Assembly: GCF_001194135.2 (NCBI RefSeq)
Contig: NC_068987.1
Location: 55,930,560-55,994,559, forward strand
Origin: Octopus bimaculoides
Lineage: Eukaryota
Direction of reading: 5' to 3'
DNA length: 64,000 bases
Under the pieces are notes generated by a model that did not search any database, was not told the origin of the DNA, and worked only from the letters and a program-made list of their open reading frames with translations. Shown piece after piece: positions 52,456 through 64,000 of this stretch (positions within the stretch are counted from its first letter, which is position 1; every line of letters starts with the position of its first letter). The position numbers and the translations under genes were made by a program.

Positions 52456-52640
52456 AATTACATAATTCTGTGATTCTGTGAATCACATAATTTGTGAATC
52501 ACGTAATTTGTGAATCACATAATTCTGTGAATCACATAATTTGTGAATCACATAATTTGTGAATCACATAATTCTGTGAATCACATAATTCTGTAAATTA
52601 CATAATTCTGTTATTGTGTGAATTATGTGTAAATTACATT
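52456..52640. repeat. 16-17-bp minisatellite (cacataat[t/tc]tgtgaat)n
   Basis: About 8 clear units with degenerate edges. Confidence 0.9.
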
Positions 52641-53226
52641 ATTCATGCACTTTAACCGAGCCCATATTTGATCGCCCAAAATTCCACAGTGACTGAAGAA
52701 TTTAACACCATCTTATCCTTATCAAAGTATACCATGTTGATTGTTATGGAGAACATTTTAAGGGAGATAGTTAGTAGTAAAACCAGCGATATTTGACTAG
52801 CATGAGTGGTATGAAGTCATACCAGCAGCCTTACTTAGAGATTGTATTTATCAGATCATGATAGGATTGTAATAGGATATAGCAAAATTCCTACCCGGTT
52901 TAAACTATTATTGACCCCTTCAAATTCACAAAGGAGTCATATAGAGCTAAGAGGTTCGTTAGATATATTACTTAGGTCGCGTTGGAAGTGACATTTGATC
53001 AATATTAATTCTAAGCATAAATTATGAGTAGAAGAGAGATTGAGTTAATGAGTATTCCAGAGGAGAAAATCAGTATACAACATTAAAGCAGATACTCTAT
53101 TTCAAAAACATTATTTCTCTTAAAGGAATAAATATTTACACCTTACGATAATTGCGGTATGATTAAGCTAACTTAAGTAAAGAGAAAAATAAAAATGAAA
53201 TTACGAATCATAAGGGAATCATAAGG

Positions 53227-53228
<2 letters not shown>

Positions 53229-53291
<63 letters not shown>

Positions 53292-53717
53292 NNNNNNNNN
53301 NNNNNNNNNNNNNNNNNNNNNNNNNNNNNNNNNNNNNNNNNNNNNNNNNNNNNNNNNNNNNNNNNNNNNNNNNNNNNNNNNGGAGGAGGAGGAGGAGGAG
53401 GGTAAATAACAAATTAGTATTGGGATGAAAATGAGAAATTTGTTTTAAATTTTATATTAAGTTGATAAATATTTTTGCTTTGCATATTCGTATTGATTCC
53501 ATCATTTTGTATAAGCACCAAGAAATTTGATAACAGTTAAATTCTAATTAGTGTGCATGCCATAATACGTGTTATTACCCATGATGGCAAAAGTGTACTT
53601 CAAGCGTTACTTGTCATATAATGGGTAACACGTTAATGTTTTAAGAACGTGGACAGCTGAGAGAGAGAGATGCATCAGATAGTTAAAAAGGTAAGAGAGA
53701 TCGGCAGAGTGGAAAGC

Positions 53718-53756
<39 letters not shown>

Positions 53757-53758
53757 CA

Positions 53759-53821
<63 letters not shown>

Positions 53822-54193
53822 GAAGAAAGAAAGAGAAAGATTTGTAGTCCGCTGACAAGCAGCAGGCGACCAGGTTGCGTACTGCAGGGAGGGATGAAAG
53901 AAAGAGTGAAAAGGGTAGCAATAAAATAAGAAAGGGTGGGAGGAAACGTGATGGAACAAAACCCACGAAATAAAAGAGCGAATTTGAGAGGTGACGTGAG
54001 AAAATAACAGGGAATCGATCAGTGAATAATAAATACGAGACAGAAAGAGAGGGAGTGAAAGCCGAGCGAAATTCGTGTATAGTGTCGAAGCGTATAAACG
54101 GGAATGACATTGGAAACTGAAGAGAAACGGTAAATGAAGATATTGAATGAAACAAAAAGAAAGGAATCAGGACACATGTGTGGGAAAGAGACG

Positions 54194-54255
<62 letters not shown>

Positions 54256-54293
54256 AAGAAAGAAAGAGAAAATAATTTGTGAGTGAGTGAGTG

Positions 54294-54346
<53 letters not shown>

Positions 54347-54573
54347 CAGTTCTATATTTAAGAGATGAGGAATTATGTACATTATTTACATTATTTACAA
54401 TTGACGGATATTTGTCCTCATCTTGTTTGTTGTTAACACAACGTTTCGGCTGATATACCCTCCAGCCTTCATCAGCCTGATGAAGGCTGGAGGGTATATC
54501 AGCCGAAACGATGAGGACAAATATCCGTCAATTGTAAATAATGTAAATAATGTAGATATATAGATAGATAGAT

Positions 54574-54604
<31 letters not shown>

Positions 54605-54664
54605 TAGATAGATTGATAGATAGATAGATAGAAGAGTGGATAAATAGATTGATAGATACAAAGC

Positions 54665-54733
<69 letters not shown>

Positions 54734-54790
54734 AAAGACAGACATCCAGACACACATACTGATACACAAACAGACAGACAGTCAGACAGA
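53229..54790. repeat. Cluster of (TAG)n, (AAAG)n, (GA)n, (GATA)n and (GACA)n microsatellites
   Basis: Visible directly; interrupted by unique sequence and by the 54345-54554 element. Confidence 0.9.
54345..54554. mobile_element. Palindromic element with two back-to-back hammerhead cores, inserted in a (GATA)n tract
   Basis: Arms 54378-54475 and 54477-54554 are exact reverse complements apart from a 20-bp indel. Each begins CTGATGA-A-GGCTG-gagggtatat-CAGCC-GAAACG. Confidence 0.85.
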
Positions 54791-56949
54791 TGGGTAGTTA
54801 TGATCTATCTCCATGCGACACAACTTCAACATTCAAACTGAAAAAGGGTAATTTCTATTCATTCAGTTCAGATGATAATAAACAAATCGCAAGACCAATA
54901 TTTAAATACAGTATATTCTTTGGTTTGTGTTCAACCATTATCAATTCTATGTTACGCTGAATAGAGCAAGGAATGTAACTTTGAATATAACGTATTGGAT
55001 ATTACGAAGTTCAAAGAAACCTTTTGGAGTGAAACGGTTACAAAGATAGTTGCAACCAAGGAATTATCACATTAAACACTTTTATACTAAAATTTCAGTT
55101 CGCTTAATTTATTTCATTAACAATTAAATTGGTGACAAACTTGTTGCTATATAACTTAATTATTGTCCAGTATATAACTTTAACACATTCATCCACCCGT
55201 CCATCTTCTCCGTCCACTATTCCTAGATAAGTTGTGTGGGTAGTATCCTCAGGCACTTCCTCTATAGGGTCCTATCAGAAGCCAATGTCATTTCACTTTC
55301 CGGTTACTATGTATATTATCTAAGTACTTTGTTCTTAGTCCACCTCTAGGTCTCTTTCCTGTTGGCTCGGCTAGAAAAATCCGTCTTGCGATTCTTTCTT
55401 GCTACATTCTAATCACAATTAAAACATTTGCAGCAAACAAAAATAATTTACATAACTTTTTAGGATAAATATTTTTTATAATATATATAAGCTCTCTGCC
55501 ATAATCTACATAAACTCTAGAGGTGTTATTGTAGCTCTTTTCAAAATATATTTTCATTAGAAAGTTTCTGACTAGGTTAAAGTAATTGCGTGGAAATTAA
55601 ACGTAAAGAACAATTCTATATTTTCCATACAACTGTAGACAGAAGTTGTACGAACAAAGTATGAACAATAGTCATTATTATTGTTTTTTGGTTTTTGTTT
55701 TGTTTGCTTTATTTTTACTCTATATTGGCTGGAAATCAACCAAATCATGTTTCCGTGATTACTTATAGCTTCAAATTAAAATATTCTCCGGGGAATAAAC
55801 GAAAGAACTAACTTCCTCTCTTTGGGAATTTCTTTTTATCGTTCTTATAGATGAAATCACCCCAGTTATTTTAATAATATTGGTATTAAATATTGTAATG
55901 GTCTCATGAGATTTTACTTCAACTTTACTGAAGCACTGAATATGTTCTACAGCTGTCAGAAATACATTTTTGAGATGTAATCATTTATGCAAATGGACTG
56001 AGTAGAGTTCAATTTAGTTTCTATGATTTCTGTTCAAAGATTGTCATTATATTTGTAGGACGGTAACCAACAAATTGGTGTTTGTCGTTGTTTTTATTGT
56101 TGTTGTTGTTTTCAGTCTCGCATGAACCCTATTCTGCAAGAATTATGATTAGAAAAGCATTCTGTCTATAATCATGTTGTCTCTTTTCTTATATATGTTA
56201 GACTACGGTGTCTGCTGTGTCATTTTCAAGACAGCTGAGTTTGATTGTCGATAGTCTGGCTGCTATTTCTAGTGGATCAAGTGATCACTTAAAGATCAAC
56301 TCATGAAAGGGAATGAAAGATATCTGAGAAGAAATATTATATATCCTATAAGCTATCTTTTTATTTGATGGTTATATTAAGTTAGATACGGCATATGCCA
56401 TTCATTAACATTCGAAATTTGCCCGAGATATTTGAAGGACATTCTACTACAGCACGATTCTTTATAGCTATTACATTAAAGATTTATGGGATTGGACTCT
56501 TGTTCCTCAATCGATTCTACTTAATTCTTCAATTCACCAGTGAGCCACGTTTTGATATATTACATTCTACTTCGAAACTTGAATAAATCATATTTCCCAG
56601 ATGTAAAAATATTTGATCTCCGTCAATTTCATGATAGAACATCGAGTCTTCTATAAGATTGATGTTCTTGCTAATGTTGCAGAACCTCTGATGCGAAAGG
56701 GATCCACAAATCCAAAATGTCAGTTATGTTATCTCTTTTTATTCGTCTATTAATACACTTTATCTCTGGTACTTACTTGTGTGAAAAGGTGTGGAATGAA
56801 AAACGGTGGAATTTAACAGGCTCCGAATTATGAATTGTCAAACTCCAAGCTGCTGGTAAATCCTGTTCAATGCAGCGTTTTAACATTGATTCAGCGTTCG
56901 CTTAACTTAAATCATAGTTTTAATTTTTAGCAAAATTTAAAATAAGGAC

Positions 56950-57150
56950 TGTGAATTAGCAGAATCGCTTAAAGCCACTGACAAAATAACGAGCAATATT
57001 TATCCCTACTCTTTACATTCTGAGTTCAAATCTTGCAAAGGTCAATCTTATTTTATCTGTCCGAGGTCGATGAAAAAAAGGATCAATCAGTTAAGTACTG
57101 AGGTTCGTTTAATTGCCTAACCACATGTGACCTGGCACCAATGGTAGAAA
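56950..57150 (+). mobile_element. SINE family A, old copy
   Basis: ttagcagaatcg..ttctgagttcaaatct..gaggtcgatgaaa.. Confidence 0.6.
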
Positions 57151-57340
57151 TGATTATTTCTAGTAAAATTTTTATTCTTTTGTTGATTGCTATCCAAATA
57201 TTCGGTTGCATATGTGTAATGTAATATATACTGTAACACATAATGTGATATGTCTAGTCACGTCTAAATATATAACGAAGTGATCATAGGAAAACTATGT
57301 TGTTTTGTGACGACGAAGATTAAGAAAATAATTGGCTAAG

Positions 57341-57379
<39 letters not shown>

Positions 57380-57542
57380 GTAACAAGTGTAGTATATTGC
57401 CACTTAAGTGTGGCTGACCCCTAGGGGCGGATGTTACTGTTGCTTTTAGCCCCAGGAGGACATCTCCTCCAGCTGGCTTATCGATACACTACTGTGTCCT
57501 GTTTGCCAAGGGAAGTTATCCCTCCCATCATGATCTGCAGCA

Positions 57543-57587
57543 CGAACGGACCCGGGTTTCAGGATTATTTCCCTTCGTCGGCGTTCG
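57543..57587 (-). ncRNA. Type I hammerhead motif (left arm)
   Basis: CGAACG-CCGACGA-AGGG-aaataa-TCCT-GAAA-CCCGGG-TC-CGTTCG; one stem II pair is G.U. Confidence 0.7.
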
Positions 57588-58268
57588 ATAGCCACTGATC
57601 TTTGATGAGAGAGATAAAATCTTGGCAATCTTATATCTACTTTTCCAGTGAAATTCTTCACTGATATCGAAAAGGTGAAAACAAGCAATGTTAATTCTCN
57701 NNNNNNNNNNNNNNNNNNNNNNNNNNNNNNNNNNNNNNNNNNNNNNNNNNNNNNNNNNNNNNNNNNNNNNNNNNNNNNNNNNNNNNNNNNNNNNNNNNNN
57801 NNNNNNNNNNNNNNNNNNNNNNNNNNNNNNNNNNNNNNNNNNNNNNNNNNNNNNNNNNNNNNNNNNNNNNNNNNNNNNNNNNNNNNNNNNNNNNNNNNNN
57901 NNNNNNNNNNNNNNNNNNNNNNNNNNNNNNNNNNNNNNNNNNNNNNNNNNNNNNNNNNNNNNNNNNNNNNNNNNNNNNNNNNNNNNNNNNNNNNNNNNNN
58001 NNNNNNNNNNNNNNNNNNNNNNNNNNNNNNNNNNNNNNNNNNNNNNNNNNNNNNNNNNNNNNNNNNNNNNNNNNNNNNNNNNNNNNNNNNNNNNNNNNNN
58101 NNNNNNNNNNNNNNNNNNNNNNNNNNNNNNNNNNNNNNNNNNNNNNNNNNNNNNNNNNNNNNNNNNNNNNNNNNNNNNNNNNNNNNNNNNNNNNNNNNNN
58201 NNNNNNNNNNNNNNNNNNNNNNNNNNNNNNNNNNNNNTTTATCTCTCTCATCAAAGATCAGTGGCTAT

Positions 58269-58313
58269 CGAACGCCGACGAAGGGAAATAACCCTGAAAC
58301 CCGGGTCCGTTCG
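58269..58313 (+). ncRNA. Type I hammerhead motif (right arm), U4C core variant
   Basis: Stem I CGAACG/CGTTCG; core CCGACGA 58275-81; stem II AGGG/CCCT; GAAA 58296-99; palindromic ACCCGGGT stem III; GUC site, predicted cut after 58307. Confidence 0.75.
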
Positions 58314-59872
58314 TGCTACAGATCATGATGGGAGGGATAACTTCCCTTGGCAAACAGGACACAGTAGTGTGTCGATAAGCCAGCTGGAGGAGATGTCCTC
58401 CTGGGGCTAAACCCAACAGTAACATCCACCCCTAGGGGTCAGCCACACTTCAGTGGCAATATACTACACTTTATCATGCAGTTACTGTTAATACTTCATT
58501 TAGAGAATTAACATATATATATATATATAGTGAACTATATACACTAAAGCCATGGCGATACTTAAATTACAATAATCAAGTTTTTAAAGTTAGCCTTTCT
58601 CTTTCAAAAAATAAAAAAAATTCCAGAAGCACCAAACATAAGGATCACAATATATAAGCATTCTATTTGTATTTACTTAAACCGCTTATATTTATCAGCT
58701 AATGCCAGTAAATCCTTTCACTACTGAATAAATTCTTTCAAGAACACTGCTGCTGGAAGTAATTTTATTAATTCATTTCATGATATTAAAACACTAAAAA
58801 CAGCAACTGTTCTCTTTGTTGCGCGATGACTAATACATGAAACAAATTCTATTTCAAAATTCTATCATATATTTCACTGGTGTCACCTGCAATATCTAAC
58901 ATATAACTTGCGAGTAGTTTTAATATTAACATAAATAGTTCGTTTGGGGTGAATTAAAACATTTAATGCAGCGACTATTCACTTTGTTGCACTATGACTG
59001 ATAACATAAAACAAATTCTGTTTCTATATTCTATCGTTAGTGGCTTATATTACGAGTATTCCACCTATAACAGCTAAAACATAACTCTCATACTAACTCC
59101 CTATTCACATGTAAACGACTTTTATCGGAGTCATTTTCAGCTTGCTAACGCTTAGTAATCAAGAACGATTATATTAAAATGGACATCACAATGTATTTCG
59201 CCGATATAGAGATAATAACCTCATTGCTCGTAACACTGTAAAAGAGCACAGTTTTTACTATGATCAGACAACTATGTGTTGTTTCATCTCTGTTATCTAC
59301 AAGATACTAAAAGTGATATAATATATTCAACTGCCGACAAAATTAGAATCCAAAATATTAAACACATGGATTGTTCGGTACAATTCATTTCAGTTTTTGT
59401 CTTTTATTGTAGCAAATTTGCAAATACAATATTACTAAAGTGGGTATGATAGTAATAATCTACCCAATAGTTAACTTCTACTTACAGACAACTTGATGCA
59501 AAACGATTTGAGAACTTTACTCTAGGGAACACACATGTCCATTCAGACATTATATACAACGCAGTGCAATAACGTGTAGTCACTTCTCAATTTTGGAATT
59601 TTAGGTTCAAACAACCAGTTGGTGAATGTTATTTGAGTTGTTCAACGCCACTTAAACACTTTTTTTAATGAAGACAATTTTTGTTTCATTTTTATAGTTC
59701 ATTTCCAATCTGTTGTGTAGGGAAAATTGACAAGACAAAATGTTTTAAGAAAAAATAATTCTTCGGCTAATGCATTTTTGAACCCCTCTCTTGTATAAGG
59801 GTAATAAAACTTCAAAACTGATCTATATATGCAATATATATGTGTGTGTGTATGAATGCATATGCATTTATA

Positions 59873-60690
59873 TACAGGACGCGGCGTGAATAAACTGTCG
59901 TCTAAATTAAATCTCATTTTAACAAATATATTTACCAAAAATTACATAAAAATAACTGGAAATGCCAAAGAGTAAATTTATTCTGTAAAATTGCAATTGG
60001 CTTCAACCACGGCCTCCAGACGACTTCAGAATCGCCTGCAACTCTTCTGGGCGGTCTTCTTGTTTATGTTAGTGAATGTTGCTATAATCCTTGCCTTCAC
60101 TCATCTTTGGTGTGTTACAAAGAGTTTTGTTGGTCTCTCACTCAACTGCGCCCCACACATAATAATCAAGAGGGTTGCAGTCTGGGGAGTTCGGTAGCCA
60201 GATATTAGGGGTGACGTCGCAGAAAATGTCTGACAGCCATGACTGGGTCCTCCTACTTGTATGGCATGGTGCAGAGTCCTGTTGCCAAGCACACGGTCTT
60301 CGAGCAGCCACCCTCTTGACACAGGGCAGCCTCCTGGCAATTTAGGTAGGCTTCCGTGTTGAGTCTGATGCCGCGGGGGAAGATGAATGGAGGCATAACG
60401 TCCCGATCACTAGTGATCACCCCAAACACCATGATATTGACTGGATGTTTGATTTTTATCACTCTTGATACATGTCCTGAGATTGCACTATTCTCAAACT
60501 GATATGTTCGTACTGGAGCTTCCGGCGCGAATGCCGAGCAGTACAGCATGTCGTCTCGAAATGTCTTGACAGAGTGAATTGCTGCTTTTCTCACAAACGG
60601 TGCTCAACTGACCGTGTTTATCTGTGTAGTAGACAAAAACAAAAACAATGTGCGCAATGAAAAATATAAAACGGTGACAATTTACCTATC
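59873..60690 (-). mobile_element. Internally deleted DD37D (maT)-type element
   Basis: KIKHPVNIMVFGVITSD.DVMPPFIFP.GIRLNTEAY..WQQDSAPCHTSRRTQSWL..WLPNSPDCNPLDYYVWG (one codon short of D37D spacing); TIRs only partly match. Confidence 0.85.
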
Positions 60691-60937
60691 ACACGCTACA
60701 TATATATATATTAAATTCAACTTACGTTGAAAGTCAACAAACAAAGTTTGCTTTAGAAGCGTTGAGATGTATTCAAAGATAATTTTATTCTCAAACGCAG
60801 GAGAATGCTAATAATATAGCATGAACAGAATAAACTATCCATATTTTGCAGAAAAATCTGCAAAATATGGATAATTTATCCTGTTCATGCTGCATTATTA
60901 GCATTATCCTGTGTGTGAAAATAAAATTATTTCCTTA

Positions 60938-60980
<43 letters not shown>

Positions 60981-61078
60981 TTCTCTCTCTCTCCCTCCCT
61001 CTCTCTCTCTCTTACTCCCCCCTCTCTCTCTCTCTCTTTCTCTCTCTCTCCCTCCCTCTCTCTCTCTCTTACTCCCCC

Positions 61079-61115
<37 letters not shown>
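60938..61115. repeat. (CT)n tract with an internal duplicated unit of about 55-60 bp, then (TA)n
   Basis: ctccctccctctctctctctcttactcccccctctc occurs twice. Confidence 0.9.
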
Positions 61116-61116
<1 letters not shown>

Positions 61117-61729
61117 TCAACAGAATATGGGCGTTATATTTTAATATTTAATACTACATTTGTAATGCCATATGTTTTTCTAAAATAATTTCTGCTATTT
61201 CTTTACCTTTTCGCAGAGGATTTGATCAGGTACAGCCTTATATTATTAATAATAAACTCGTGGCACCGATTAGTAAAAAAGACAAAGTAATATACATCCG
61301 CATATTTAATCAACCAAAGGAAAATTTTCATACAGGTGGTGTTCGGTGACCTTATTGCATTTGGCTAGAATTTTATTTATCAACCAAATAATCTCCTACC
61401 CAAATACTGGAGTCGATTTAAACATGTTCATAGCATCACTAATATATTCTATATATTCTGTTATATACTAATATATTCTGTTTAGATTAACCTGTATCAA
61501 AATATCGTTACAACATAAGCGATAACAAAATTTCAACACACGCATATTATATATTAATTTATAATATCATAATATTACAGATAAAATTTTAATTATATTC
61601 AAAATCAACGAAACACATTAATAGTTTAATTGTTGGACGTATAGTCACGGAAGTGTTACTCTTTCCAAAATTGGAATCCGTGTGCCGATGAGGGAATTTT
61701 TAACATGAGTTTCCTGAGGGTGATAGATA

Positions 61730-61870
61730 ACAGAATTGGAAGAAAAACCACAGAATACTCTGAAGTGTTTGTTTGATTACCTTCTTTATGATTTGAGTTC
61801 AAATCTCGGTGGGACAGACTTTAACTTTCATCCTTCCAGAATATAGAAACTAAAGTACCAGCCAAATGTA
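61730..61870 (+). mobile_element. SINE family A, old fragment
   Basis: ttgagttcaaatctcggtgggacagactttaactttcatccttcc..aagtaccag. Confidence 0.6.
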
Positions 61871-62323
61871 CTAAGATTGCCTGACAGCATCTATACGAAA
61901 ATTATGAACATATTCAGTATAGATTAAAATTCTTAATCAATATCTCATTATAACGTAAATGATAACGAGATTTCAGACAGTGAACACAAGTATAATATAT
62001 ATTAATGTATAATGTTACAGATAAAATCTTAATTATACTGAAAGTTAATGAAACATTTAGGCAGTCTAATTACTAGAAATATAATCACGAAAGTTTTAAT
62101 CAACTGCATCATCCCCAATATTTGAGGTCTTGTGCCTCTGTAAGAAATCAATATAATATATGATTATATCATCTATCTTTGAATTCTACAACATCAGATG
62201 ATATATTCGGGATAATGTTTGACTCGAGGTTCTAACCTCGTAGAATGTCGAAGTAGCGATCCATCGATTTTTAGCGCTACTTTGTTATCTTTCTCTCTCT
62301 CCCTCTCTTTCTCTCCCTCTCAA

Positions 62324-62374
<51 letters not shown>

Positions 62375-62555
62375 ATCTCTCTATCTCTCTCAATCTCCCC
62401 TCTCATCTCTTTCTCTCTCATTCGCACTCACTTATTCTTTCTCTGACTATTTTTCTTTCCACACCTCACTCTCCTTCAAGGTTAAAATCTCAAATATTAT
62501 TTCAGTGCAATGCTGGAAATACTTGTTCATACAGTCAAATATACATTCATACCAC

Positions 62556-62602
<47 letters not shown>

Positions 62603-62737
62603 CGTGTGTGTTTGTGTGTGTATGTATGTGTGTGTATGCGTATATCCGATATATATATATATATATATACGTTATATCACATTATATATAAGAGAGAGAG
62701 AGAAATACATATATGTATATATGTGTATGTATGTATG

Positions 62738-62787
<50 letters not shown>

Positions 62788-63508
62788 CATACATAATACA
62801 TCGTGCATCGGTACATGTGGTATAAGTTATATAAAACAAAAGCAAAAACAACAAAAAGACATTAAATCGCGTTCTCAGTTCTTCTGATGCAACCAAATGT
62901 TTCTTACTCATAAATACGTTAACTTGCTTCTTGTTAAAAGAAAATATAAAAAAATTCTTAACACATTATTTCATGTTAAGATAACAATAATTTCTTAATC
63001 TAACTTCTATATTGTTTCCACATTTTTTCTCCTTACCAGAGAAAAATTATTTAGAAGAGCGTTCAAAATATAGATTTTTTAAAAAGTAAACTACTTTTTG
63101 CTTTCCTTTCAGCCTGAGCTGTTTAACCCTGGGTTAGCCCTAATGGAATAGATATTTGATCTAAGGTGCCCCATCCATTATCAACTCTTTTTTTCAATTT
63201 GCTTCGTGACACCGTGAGCAAGTTACTTCTACTTGGCGTATGTATGAATTTATATATGAATGTATCTATATGCGTAAGTATGAATGAATGTATGTATGTA
63301 AGTATGTATATATAAATGTATGTTTGAATGTATATATATGTTTTTATGTATGTACGTATGTGTCTTGTATGTATGTACGCGTGTGTGTGTGTGAATAAAT
63401 TGTTGCTGCATATGAATGCATGTGTGACTATGGAAGTATGTAATTGTGTATTTATGTATATATGTATGTGTGTGTATCTGTGTATGTAAGTATCTATGTA
63501 TATATTAA

Positions 63509-63810
63509 GGAGCACTCCGTCGGTTACAACTCCGAGGGTCCTAGATGATACGATCAACGGAACAGCTTGCTCGTGAAATTAACATGCAAGTAGCTAAGTA
63601 CTCCAGAAACACGTGTACCCTTAACGTAGTTAGTACTCAGAGAGATTCAGCGTGACACAGAGTGTGACAAGGTTGGTCCTTTGAAATACAGGTGCTACTC
63701 ATTTTTTGCCAGCTGAGTGGACTGGAGCAACGTGAAATAAAGTGTCTTGCTCAAGTACACAACGCGTCACCGGGAATTGATCTCACGACCTTACGATCAT
63801 AAGCTGAATA
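63509..63810 (-). mobile_element. SINE family B
   Basis: Tail shared with 18196-18360; body gccagctgagtggactggagcaacgtgaaataaagtgtcttgctcaag shared with 5305-5360. Confidence 0.85.
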
Positions 63811-63824
63811 TATATATATATATA

Positions 63825-64000
63825 TAGGGGTTGGACAAAATAATGGAAACACCTACCATCATAGCATCATAATTTTGAAATATCTATAAAACCATCAAAG
63901 GCTTGTTTATTTTTATGTTTCTTTGATTTTTTTTTATTAGTGTTACTTAATATGTTTTGCTAAAATTGGTGTTTCTTTTCATATATCATCAGGAAAAGGT
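63825..64000 (+). mobile_element. Left end of a Tc1-like element (cut by the window edge)
   Basis: After (TA)n: aggggttggacaaaataatggaaacacc, a Tc1-type TIR; no coding part within the window. Confidence 0.6.

Larger units (their letters stand above)
57385..58471. mobile_element. Long inverted-repeat element (234-bp arms, about 7 mismatches) around an N-gap; each arm carries a type I HHR
   Basis: 57385-57618 is the reverse complement of 58238-58471. Confidence 0.8.

Noticed and set aside
52456-52640. CRISPR-like appearance of the short repeat array
   Set aside because: No unique spacers, no cas genes and a eukaryotic context; it is a minisatellite.

Overview
AT-rich, microsatellite-dense animal DNA from a draft assembly with about 20 N-gaps, most of them next to simple repeats. 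The SINE families resemble ones I recall from octopus/cephalopod genomes, so the taxon call is an inference. I cannot name any host protein-coding gene; there are only a few weak candidate exons on the + strand. Recognisable content is mobile DNA: four Penelope-like element (PLE) remnants, two Tx1/L1-clade 3' ends, CR1- and RTE-like scraps, several tRNA-derived SINE families, two nested mariners, Tc1 and DD37D (maT) transposons, mariner and hAT MITEs, and a probable non-autonomous Helitron. The most interesting signal is a set of type I hammerhead-ribozyme (HHR) motifs. One is complete and lies just downstream of a PLE GIY-YIG domain. Three unrelated, non-coding fold-back elements each carry HHR cores on both arms, pointing outward from the centre. 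They may represent a family of PLE-mobilised, ribozyme-bearing inverted-repeat elements. This is read from sequence only and is untested.
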